Positions 1 to 8,600 of a DNA stretch of 55,193 nucleotides are shown piece after piece (positions within the stretch are counted from its first letter, which is position 1; every line of letters starts with the position of its first letter). This stretch comes from a virus (taxonomy: Duplodnaviria; Caudoviricetes). The notes below the pieces were generated by a model, which worked only from the letters and a program-made list of their open reading frames with translations, searched no databases and was not told the origin of the DNA. The translations under genes were made by a program, and so were the position numbers. The DNA lies in the IMG/VR virus record IMGVR_UViG_3300048686_000358, positions 1 through 55,193 of that record; one strand, given 5' to 3'.

Positions 1-597
1 AGCAACTCCTTCATTTCCCTTGCCGCCTGCTCCTACTTTCCAGTTGACGGCAGTACCTTCGCCGATACTTTCTTTAAACTCTTTACTAACTTTACTAAGA
101 TAGTTAGTCCAAATGAAAGTCGTACCGCTACCGTCTGCTCTACGTACAACCATAATTTCTTGATCAGGTAGTTTTAATGTGGGATTTAATTTTGTAATGG
201 CAGGATCATTCCAACGTTTAATTTTACCTAAGAATATATCTGCTATTACTACACCTGTAAGTTTCAACTCGCCTGGTTTAACTTCTTTCAAGTTAATAAC
301 TGGCACCACTCCTCCAATGGCAGTAGGAAACTGTGTCGCTCCCAAACTTGCTAATTTATCATCTTTGAGTGGCATATCACTTGCACCGAAAGTAACTGTT
401 TTACCTTCAATTTGTCTGATACCTGCTCCACTACCAATACTTTGATAGTTTAGTCTGATACCAGACTCTTTGTTATATGCTTCTGCCCATTTTGAATAAA
501 GCGGAGCCGGGAAAGTTGCCCCGGCCCCATTAATTGTTGTTTGTGCTTGTGCCGTGAATGTAACAGCCATTAATAATGTAGCAAATATTTTGTTCAT
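1..597 (-). CDS. pstS: Phosphate ABC transporter substrate-binding protein PstS (3' part runs off the window)
   Basis: Not in the ORF track; translated by hand from the ATG at 597: MNKIFATLLMAVTFTAQAQTTINGAGATFPAPLYSKWAEAY...NYQSIGSGAGIRQI...FGASDMPL...VVRRADGSGTTFIWTNYLSK...GGKGNEGVA. Signal peptide plus the GAGATFP, GSGAG, FGASD and RADGSGTT motifs typical of PstS. RBS AAGGAG at 605-610. Confidence 0.97.
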   Translation of the reverse strand, partial: MNKIFATLLMAVTFTAQAQTTINGAGATFPAPLYSKWAEAYNKESGIRLNYQSIGSGAGIRQIEGKTVTFGASDMPLKDDKLASLGATQFPTAIGGVVPVINLKEVKPGELKLTGVVIADIFLGKIKRWNDPAITKLNPTLKLPDQEIMVVRRADGSGTTFIWTNYLSKVSKEFKESIGEGTAVNWKVGAGGKGNEGVA

Positions 598-636
598 ACT
601 GTGTCTCCTTGTGTTGAACAAATATATTTACTTTTT

Positions 637-669
637 TTATGTGACAAAATTATTACAGTTGTGTGACAA
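637..669 (-). promoter_or_regulatory. Pho box (three PhoB-type half-sites at 11-bp period) upstream of pstS
   Basis: Minus strand reads TTGTCACACAA CTGTAATAATT TTGTCACATAA, matching the CTGTCA(C/T)+AT-rich spacer consensus. TAAATA (630-625) lies 10 bp after the last TTGTCAC. Confidence 0.85.
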
Positions 670-671
670 TG

Positions 672-693
672 AAAAAAGGGGCCGAAGCCCCTT
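672..693 (-). terminator. Rho-independent terminator after the porin gene
   Basis: Minus strand AAGGGGC-TTCG-GCCCC-TTTTTT: GC stem, UUCG tetraloop, U-tract. Confidence 0.92.
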
Positions 694-714
694 AAACTCA
701 AAAATGATTTGAGA

Positions 715-1599
715 TTAGAAGCGGTGTGTTACGCCAACTCCAAATGCTTTAACGTCACCGGCAGTGCCAGCAGCGTCAACATTGCGGAATGCAACATTAA
801 GTGCGGTACGCTTTGTGAAGTTATAATCAGCACCGGCAGCATAAGCCTTTACGCTAGTATTGGTTCTACCATAACTTGCTTTGGCAGTAATCTTGCCAAA
901 GTCGTGCGCTATACCAATGCTATCACCTTTGCTCTTTACTAGACCTTGGTCATCGCTGTGAACGAAACTAAAAGTTGTACCTGCTAGTTTTGTATTCAAA
1001 CCAACAACTGTACTCTTTTCTAGACCTTGTTCAAAACGAGCAACGCTACCATTCACACCCATGAATTTACCTGAGGCTGCAACAACTGTTGCATCATTTG
1101 CAGGACCATTCATTGTGCGCTCATATGCTAGTGAAGCACCCTTCATAGGGTTTACGCTAACAAATACTGCGTCACCTAAACGAAGATTGCGTAGATTGTG
1201 TACATCACCTGCTACACTTCCATACAATGTGCCGAACACATCATTGTTAGTGATTACTAAAAAGTGGCTGTGAACATTACGACCTAGATCCACGCTACCA
1301 AACTTATTGGCAATACCTACAGTTGCTTGACGGTCACCTAACTTAGTACCATTGCCATCGATAGTGTTGCCACTTAATGATGTTTCAACAACAGCACGTG
1401 CTCTTAGACCATCGCCTAACTTTTCATTGACAGAGATAGCAAAGTTGCTAGTAGGTTCTGTAACAAGTTGTGTTGCGCTTACATTGTCACCAACTTTAGA
1501 GTTGTCTACAAATGCACTAACTTTACCTGATAACTTAACCTGAGCACTAGCGATACTTACTAAGCCCATCAATAAAGTTGCCATTACGATTTTCTTCAT
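715..1599 (-). CDS. Gram-negative outer-membrane porin (Betaproteobacteria-like general porin)
   Basis: 294 aa. Signal peptide ending ASA-Q, 'VKLSGKV' start, EKLGDGLRA and RQATVGI..KFGSVDLGR segments, ADYNFTKRT, and a C-terminal GVGVTHRF beta-signal ending in Phe. Confidence 0.9.
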   Translation of the reverse strand: MKKIVMATLLMGLVSIASAQVKLSGKVSAFVDNSKVGDNVSATQLVTEPTSNFAISVNEKLGDGLRARAVVETSLSGNTIDGNGTKLGDRQATVGIANKFGSVDLGRNVHSHFLVITNNDVFGTLYGSVAGDVHNLRNLRLGDAVFVSVNPMKGASLAYERTMNGPANDATVVAASGKFMGVNGSVARFEQGLEKSTVVGLNTKLAGTTFSFVHSDDQGLVKSKGDSIGIAHDFGKITAKASYGRTNTSVKAYAAGADYNFTKRTALNVAFRNVDAAGTAGDVKAFGVGVTHRF

Positions 1600-1613
1600 A
1601 TTTTCTTCCTTAT

Positions 1614-1636
1614 AAAAAAGCCTGTTAAAACAGGCT
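1614..1636 (-). terminator. Hairpin plus U-tract between the oxygenase-like gene and the porin RBS
   Basis: Minus strand AGCCTGTT-TT-AACAGGCT-TTTTT. Could be a terminator or a 5' leader hairpin of the porin mRNA. Confidence 0.65.
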
Positions 1637-1701
1637 AGATTAATATTTAACTTATAAAATCCTACGAAATAAATTGTTAATATGTGTAATATAAACTAAT
1701 A

Positions 1702-2469
1702 TTAAATGTAATATAGCGATAGTTTATTAGCATTTTGTAATTTTACATCAGTATTCGTAGTCCTTAATCCTGTTATAGTTAGATTTGGACGTGGTGATGT
1801 GCTTATGTTAATGGTTGCATGTGGTACATTGGAGTGGTCAAATATAGTTACGTCTCCTGCTCTCCATTGACTATGAACATGATTACCGTACACAAAGTAT
1901 TGTCCCATTTCCCAGTCAGCTAAATTTACTGTCATTCTGACAATTCTACCAGGGTCAGCCGGACATCTATGCCACAATTTATCTATATGGGGTGCAAAAG
2001 TTTGTCCAGGTAACTGAACATGGGCACGATATGTTACGTTTTCTAACTCCCAATAATTTACAATTTTTTTAATTACATCAAAGTTATCAAGAAAGTTTTC
2101 TAAAACTACTTGAGTATGTTTGTGATTTTCAACTCCATGTCTTACTCTATCATTATATTCTTGTTGGGTCATAGGGCTTGCTCCGTTGTTAGGAAAATTT
2201 CTAAGCCCTTTGTTAGTTACTTCATCCCACTCTAAGTCTAAACTTTTTTCAATTATACTTTTAGTAGTAGCAGTGAGGTCGCAAACATAACGTCCCAAAG
2301 AATGAAACCATTCTCCTTCATTTTCTTTAACAAATTTATCAAAATGATAATTACTAAAGTTTTCTTTTACATAATCGAAACTGGAATCATATTCGCTACC
2401 CTTTTGATGATTAAAATCTTTGGGCAAGGATTTGATTTTAAGTCTATTTGTATATGTTGTGATGTCCAT
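1702..2469 (-). CDS. Putative 2OG-Fe(II)/cupin-fold oxygenase
   Basis: 255 aa. HxD (PHID), distal His (PHATIN) and Arg (RPNL) in the arrangement expected of a double-stranded beta-helix dioxygenase; QLPGQ and WRAGD motifs. Confidence 0.65.
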   Translation of the reverse strand: MDITTYTNRLKIKSLPKDFNHQKGSEYDSSFDYVKENFSNYHFDKFVKENEGEWFHSLGRYVCDLTATTKSIIEKSLDLEWDEVTNKGLRNFPNNGASPMTQQEYNDRVRHGVENHKHTQVVLENFLDNFDVIKKIVNYWELENVTYRAHVQLPGQTFAPHIDKLWHRCPADPGRIVRMTVNLADWEMGQYFVYGNHVHSQWRAGDVTIFDHSNVPHATINISTSPRPNLTITGLRTTNTDVKLQNANKLSLYYI

Positions 2470-3381
2470 TTATTTCTTATCTTTCAAAGTTTTTACAAAG
2501 GTATCAACTCTTTTTGTTGCATTATCTATTCCAAATATATCTATTTCGGTGTATTCTGAAACGAAATCTTGGTTTACTTGCTCATTTTTCATATATGATA
2601 AAACAAATTCTTTCCAAAAATTGTAGGCTTCAGTATTCGTGTGTTGCGGCAATGTAAGTAGAAATCCATCATCGAATTGCCAATTATTATATTTTTTTGC
2701 AACGTTAGGTACATGTGAAAATTCTTTCCAATTATTTCTCGCTATAATAGCAATTAAACGTAATTTTCCTGAATCTACGTGTTGCTTTATTATAGAATAA
2801 GGCACAACAATAAAATCAACATGCCCACCTATAGCATCTTGTACTGCAGGTCCACCACCTTTATATGGTACTAAAACAGGTTGAATAGATATTTTGTTTG
2901 CATTAAAAATTTGTTCCCAAATCGTTTTTTGACTAGGGCTACCAAATGCAAATGTCTTTTTATTATCACCAGATTTTAGTGTTTTTTCTAGACTATCGAA
3001 ATTTGTAATATCATTATTAGGATGTGTTGCAATAGCCATAACACTACCTTTAATTACAGAAATATGATCAAAATTATAATTAGGATTATTTAGTTTATGT
3101 GTTGCTACAGTTGCAACTGTAGCGAACCCGATAGTATATCCATTAGGTTTTGATTCTGCAACCTCATTGGTTCCTATAAGTCCGTCTGCACCTCCCTTGT
3201 ACATCGGAACGATAGTAATATTGCGTTGGTCGGCGTATTTCTGAAAATGTCGGAAGGCTATGTCAGTGCCTCCACCGGGTGCGAAAGGTATAACAGCCTT
3301 TATAGGTTCTTTAGTTGGATTAAACTGTGCGTGTGCTGTTAATGCAAAAAATGCAGTTAACATTAAAATTAATTTTTTCAT
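2470..3381 (-). CDS. Bug/TctC family tripartite tricarboxylate transporter substrate-binding protein
   Basis: 303 aa. Signal peptide, PIKAVIPFAPGGGTD, KGGADGLIG, PNGYTI, VPYKGGGPAVQDAIGGHVD, VDSGKLRLIA. RBS AAGGAG upstream. Confidence 0.92.
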   Translation of the reverse strand: MKKLILMLTAFFALTAHAQFNPTKEPIKAVIPFAPGGGTDIAFRHFQKYADQRNITIVPMYKGGADGLIGTNEVAESKPNGYTIGFATVATVATHKLNNPNYNFDHISVIKGSVMAIATHPNNDITNFDSLEKTLKSGDNKKTFAFGSPSQKTIWEQIFNANKISIQPVLVPYKGGGPAVQDAIGGHVDFIVVPYSIIKQHVDSGKLRLIAIIARNNWKEFSHVPNVAKKYNNWQFDDGFLLTLPQHTNTEAYNFWKEFVLSYMKNEQVNQDFVSEYTEIDIFGIDNATKRVDTFVKTLKDKK

Positions 3382-3427
3382 TTATTCTCCTTAGTAGAAT
3401 TATTTAATTAATAAGTTCATAATTCAT

Positions 3428-3453
3428 AAAAAAAGGGGCTTAAGCCCCTTTTT
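3428..3453. terminator. Bidirectional rho-independent terminator downstream of the tmRNA gene
   Basis: AAAAAAAGGGGC-TTAA-GCCCCTTTTT, a perfect inverted repeat with A/T tracts on both sides. Confidence 0.9.
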
Positions 3454-3780
3454 GAGTTTCTGTTTATCGGTATGTCTTACCTCAGCATGCCTCAAGCGGC
3501 AAGTGCGTATGTAGAGTCGTTTGCGTCTACTTGTTTTGCTTGATTTACGGTCATCGCCTACCGTATGGTCCACTCTGTTACTCTTTGCCCTGTCGAAACC
3601 ATGACTGGCCCATCAAAAGTAGTTTATGTTTGACAATCTAGATATTAGTAAGGGGCATATTCGAATTAGCCTCTAGCATCCTCGGAAGGGTCAAATCTAA
3701 CTGTGTTCAAAACTACTTTTGGTGGACCAGGCGGGAGTCGAACCCGCGTCCAGAACACTTTTCTCTTTGCTTCATACCAT
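3454..3780 (-). ncRNA. ssrA: tmRNA, circularly permuted (two-piece) gene; tag ANDSTYALAA
   Basis: The acceptor piece comes first (~3780-3720: ...GGACGCGGGTTCGACTCCCGCCTGGTCCACCA, T arm and encoded CCA). A 108-nt intervening segment follows (3719-3612), then the coding piece from 3611 (GGGCCAGTCATGGTTTCGACAGGG). GGGCCAG pairs with CTGGTCC including G3.U70. Tag frame GCA AAC GAC TCT ACA TAC GCA CTT GCC GCT TGA at 3524-3492. Outer ends are approximate. Confidence 0.93.
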
Positions 3781-3785
3781 AATAT

Positions 3786-3914
3786 TCAGTCATAGGGTTT
3801 CAAAAAATCGTCACCCTCAGAATCTTCTTCAAACTTACTCCAATCATAGGTACATAGTTTATAAATCCAATATACATATAATGTAACTATTAATAGTAGC
3901 AATATTATATTCAT
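3786..3914 (-). CDS. Small membrane protein (42 aa), hypothetical
   Basis: Hand translation MNIILLLLIVTLYVYWIYKLCTYDWSKFEEDSEGDDFLKPYD*: one hydrophobic helix plus an acidic tail. Fills the gap 5 nt after the upstream stop. Confidence 0.6.
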   Translation of the reverse strand: MNIILLLLIVTLYVYWIYKLCTYDWSKFEEDSEGDDFLKPYD

Positions 3915-3919
3915 AATAT

Positions 3920-4297
3920 TTAGCGTTGGTAACAAGTTCTTTCACGCTGAATTCTACCATCAGGTAAAAGCACTTCACGCCATTCTGTACAAATGGTTTG
4001 TACAGGATATTGTTCAATAATTACAGGTTGCTCAATTACACGGGGTCTTGTTGCTTCATGTATTACTGCGCCTAACACTACGGCACCAATTACAGGTGCT
4101 ACCCAATCATTACCGCGATATTGGTGACCATGATGATGCCCATGATTATGGTGTCTATGGTTGACTGCATGATTTGAGTACATACTATAACACGCCGGGT
4201 GCTTATGGTCTACTCCATACCTACAGTCTATGCCACTCGCACTAGCATTAAGAGCCAGTAAACTAAAGATAACAACAAATAACTTTTTCATATCCAT
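3920..4297 (-). CDS. Exported His-rich hypothetical protein
   Basis: 125 aa. Signal peptide (MKKLFVVIFSLLALNASA), His-rich linker, hydrophobic WVAPVIGAVVLGAVI segment, two Cys pairs. RBS AGGAG. Confidence 0.75.
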   Translation of the reverse strand: MDMKKLFVVIFSLLALNASASGIDCRYGVDHKHPACYSMYSNHAVNHRHHNHGHHHGHQYRGNDWVAPVIGAVVLGAVIHEATRPRVIEQPVIIEQYPVQTICTEWREVLLPDGRIQRERTCYQR

Positions 4298-4356
4298 TCT
4301 CCTGTGGTAGAATTCATGATGCTTACATCATAACATATATGGGAATATTTGTCAAA

Positions 4357-5637
4357 TCACTCAAACAACATGTTGAATGTGTTTGTTTCTAAACCCTCAT
4401 ATACATTTTTATTTTTTCTAAATACCCATATCGGTTCAACAAATACGCTATTCTTATCTGCCTCGACTATCTGATGCGGTCTGGCTTGCAATCTCATACC
4501 TATCTTACCCAAATAATGTGCATTAGGATAAGTTAAGATATTATCAACCATATCGTCACAAAGATTTAATCTTTCACCTTTACTGGTTCTAGGTTCAATA
4601 ATATTAATCATCATGTATGCACTATCTTTTAACGCACGATAGACCATTTCGTTGACACGGAAAAAGAAATCATTCTTCCATTTTTCAAAAGTAGGATACC
4701 TTATATAACTTTGAGTAGCATTATTATCCTGTGCATATCTCTCAGTTTCAAAATACGGAGGACTGGTAAAATAAAAATCAAAAGTATTTTCATACAAATC
4801 CCAATTTACATCTTCACTGGGTAAATTATATATCTCAACTTTCTTAATACCCGTACAAGTAAAATGTTTGTCAGATTCTACTAAAACTGGAGTACCTCCC
4901 AAAAGTTCTTCATATTCAATACATTGTTTTTTATATGTCTCAAACACTTCGGGATTAGGATCACAACCAACATACATCTTTGTGCAAGGTGTTGCATAGA
5001 AGCCTGCGAGTCTATCACCCCAACCACAACTAGTATCTAATACATGTTCGGCACTGTGTTTTTCATACAATGCTTTTGCAACGCTAGGTTTGAATTGTGT
5101 AGCAGTATATGTACCAATACGAAATGCACTACGGAATGTGCTATCATTGATATCACTATTGCCCAACGCACCCATACGCCAAAAGTGCCAGTTCATTTTG
5201 TTTAGTTTATTGGCATCATTCCATATATGCCATGGACTGTCTACTAGATTACTCCCGCACTTCATACGATTTAATTGCTGAAAATAATTGCTGACGCTAT
5301 TATATGCGTGTGACTTTTCTATAACACCCAATGGCTTGTCGCTATATTTGTATCTGTAATCAAACTTTTCTAATACTACATCAACATTTTTGTATTCAGA
5401 TAACATAGATGTTGATGCAAATTTTGTAAACAAATCTATAAAATCTACTTTATTAATTATTTTAGTTGGGAATAGTAAATTATTTTTGGTAATATACTCC
5501 GTTAGTGATTGTTTAATATCTTCTTTTGGATATTGATTTATAAATTGGCGCCAATCAGTATTAGAAATATTTGGAATACCTCTAGCGTCTGAGTGCGATG
5601 AGAAATAATTTACAAGATTCGGGTCGACCATATACAA
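4357..5637 (-). CDS. SAM-dependent DNA amino-methyltransferase (N4-C or N6-A)
   Basis: 426 aa. SAM-binding motif VLDTSCGWGDRL, YVGCDPN, and catalytic motif IV FTSPPYF. Confidence 0.85.
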   Translation of the reverse strand: MYMVDPNLVNYFSSHSDARGIPNISNTDWRQFINQYPKEDIKQSLTEYITKNNLLFPTKIINKVDFIDLFTKFASTSMLSEYKNVDVVLEKFDYRYKYSDKPLGVIEKSHAYNSVSNYFQQLNRMKCGSNLVDSPWHIWNDANKLNKMNWHFWRMGALGNSDINDSTFRSAFRIGTYTATQFKPSVAKALYEKHSAEHVLDTSCGWGDRLAGFYATPCTKMYVGCDPNPEVFETYKKQCIEYEELLGGTPVLVESDKHFTCTGIKKVEIYNLPSEDVNWDLYENTFDFYFTSPPYFETERYAQDNNATQSYIRYPTFEKWKNDFFFRVNEMVYRALKDSAYMMINIIEPRTSKGERLNLCDDMVDNILTYPNAHYLGKIGMRLQARPHQIVEADKNSVFVEPIWVFRKNKNVYEGLETNTFNMLFE

Positions 5638-5653
5638 TTATAACATAATTTAA

Positions 5654-8600
5654 TTATGAATTGAAATTGTTTGGGTCGTATTTATTTTTGAAATATTCAC
5701 GCAGCCATGCCCAGTCATAACTTAGACGCAGTTTTTCCATATCCCCGTTTACTTCTTCGTAGTATTGGACAGCATCATAAGCACCCCTAGTACTGTATTC
5801 ACCGTACATGCCATTTCCCACAGTTAACCAAATATCCAAGCGTTCTATACTCTTGTCCGAAATATCTGCTCTTAGTTTCAATGCTTCTCTAAATGCTGTA
5901 CGCCAGGTTGTCCATTCATCTGTATTGTATGCAGCAACACCCGAATTCAACTCTACAACTTCGTGTGCATCGTCAAGTGTGAAGTCAAGTCCATGACCTA
6001 TGTTGTTAAGCGTAATCTTTTTATTATACGCAATCATAGCCTGGTGTCCATACTCTAATCCGTTAACTGGATTTGTAGCATGGAAGATATAGTGCTTAGG
6101 AATCTGTAATCTATCAGGTTGCCAAGCCCAATCAAATTTTTCATTCACTTTGAGTTTAGCAAACACAGTAAACATCCAGGGTGTTTCGCTTGCTTCTGCT
6201 GCCGCATGATAGGCTGCTACACGACCATTCACCCCATCAACACGCACAACACGGTTGCGTAGTCCTTTGGTCACTTTCAATAAATGTTCATAGTTTTCTT
6301 CAGCACCTGTTTCACCGTTGCTTAAGAATACAATATCTAATGGTTTACTTTGTGCTAACTTAGTACTGCGACTAATATATGGGTAATCATAAAGTTCTTC
6401 TTCAACAAAGTCTTGTGCTTCTTTCGGAACAATAATTCGTGTACCACCTGTACTAGTAATAACAATATTTTTAGTTTCAGGAGTCCACAAACTAATAGGT
6501 TCAGTATCAACAACATCGTGTTTTTCTGTTTGAAAGATAGCATACGGGAAATTAAATTCTGTTTTAAGTTTTTCAGTATGTGTATCGGTATCTACTTCTA
6601 TGACTGGCGCGGGCAAACGCTTCACTCGTTGATGCTGATTATAATTAATCTTTTCATAATCCTCCATCAATAGCATATCATCTATTAATTCTCTGAGTTT
6701 GTTCACATCTACTAGGAAGGTATCACCGAATTTTTGTTTATCGCTAGGAAAAACATGCAATTGATCTTTTGCAAAAGGATCACATATATAACTAAAGTCA
6801 AAATCAGTATAGTCACAAACACTACTGCAAACCCAAATATAGTGTTCCTTCTTTTGTTCTAATCTCTTTAACACTTCTCTAAATGTGCGTAGATAACTAT
6901 GATTATATTCAATAACTGTTATAGATTTGTTTTGTATTTTATTGCGTAACGCTAATGCTACACTATCTATTTCTACATTGCCATGGTCTACTAGAATCAC
7001 ATCGTATAGACAACTAGTCGCTACTGCTGTTTTTCGTTTTACAAAGTTTAAATTTCCTAAATGTTCAATAACTTTGACATACTTTGTATCTTCAGGAAAA
7101 CTTGTCTTATTAACCATATATGTAGTACCCCAATGACTCCATTGCGTACCAAACACGTGAACCATACGCATTTGCCATGGGCTAGGATAATAGTCAAATT
7201 CAAAGTTACTATAGTCTAGTTCGCTATTCAGTATCCAGCATAAATTTGTAGTAGACTTGTTGATACACCGATTGATTGTATCAACCCAACTATTCAAATA
7301 GCGTGTCTTAGTGATGTTGCCAAACTTCCCACGTAAATTTTCAAATCTTACTTGTGATTCTATATTACCCCTATCTACATAGAAAATATCAATTTTGGTT
7401 TTCAGTTCAACTAACTTATCTTCAATGTAGTTGATGTCACGATAACCTTTTTGCCACATTTTGCCGTTAACAAAATATGTTTGTGTATTAATGTTATCCC
7501 TACTACCGAATGCATTTATATGATATACATTCTTTTTATCAGGTATCCATTTAAAATCAAATCCACTATAATCGATTTCAGGGTTTAAGGCCCAAAAGAT
7601 TTCACCTTCATGTTTTCTAATTAGGTCTTCTAATGTGGTGCTAATATAATATTTAGGAAACTCTAATTCTTCTAGTATGATTTCTTTGCGTTCTAAATGA
7701 ACAATGGTCCCGTCATTACCCGGTGTCATATATCTTGGACCATCTTTTTCATCAAGTAGTGTACCAAACTGATATATGTATGGCGGGCTAGTATCATCTG
7801 GATGCCAACTAAAATCAAACTTTGTAACATCGACACCATCAGGTATTACCCAATGTGTCATGTCGGGTAGAATAGTAGCAACAGGGTCTGATACAAATTT
7901 ACTATCTATTGCTCCCTCTACAGTATAAGTGGGACCATGCGTTTTAGCCCATTGTGTACCAAACTGGTAGATGAACGGGGGATCCTTAGGATTTGGTCTC
8001 CATGTGTAATCAAAATCTTTTATTAATTTTGTGTTGTTAAACAACTCCGGTTTACTTGCTAGTGTAGCAACAACTTGGTCAATAAACTTTTCTTGCGTAG
8101 GATTGCCCCTATGCAACTTGACAGTAGGCATAATGGTGCCAGGATACTGAGTATTTCCAAACACGTATGTATAATCAGGGTCAGTTGGATCAGGTCTCCA
8201 ACTATAATCAAAATCACTAATTTCTTCTATTGTTTCCCAGCCTTCTGTGTAGGGCGCTACCGTTGCGATAATCTCGCCGACGTAGGATTTTTGTGTTGCG
8301 CCTGGTACATGATATTCTATAGTTGCTTCTAATTCAGCGGGGTTCCATTGATTACCAAACACATAGATATAAGGTTCACTGGTTTCGTTAGGATGCCAAC
8401 TATAATCAAAATCAACAATGTCAATTAAAACTTTGTAATTCGTTTTATTAGGAAGTTTTATTGCATGTGATATATTTCTGTCTACGTACTTTATCTCCGT
8501 AGCACCAGGTGCAACATATCTAGGTCCACCGTCTCGTTGCCATTGAGTTCCAAATTGCCAAATTAAATCAGGTTCTAGTGGGTCTGGTCTCCATGAGAAA

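Noticed and set aside
1-3381. Host chromosomal DNA flanking a prophage
   Set aside because: Same strand, similar AT-richness and the same TAAATA motif as the phage genes. No integrase or att site is visible, and no transporter permease genes accompany the Bug gene. Genes beyond pstS cannot be seen in this window.
3720-3751. Stand-alone tRNA gene suggested by GGTTCGACTCC and a CCA end
   Set aside because: There is no D arm or anticodon arm upstream. The matching acceptor strand lies downstream at 3611-3605 together with a tag reading frame, so this is a permuted tmRNA.
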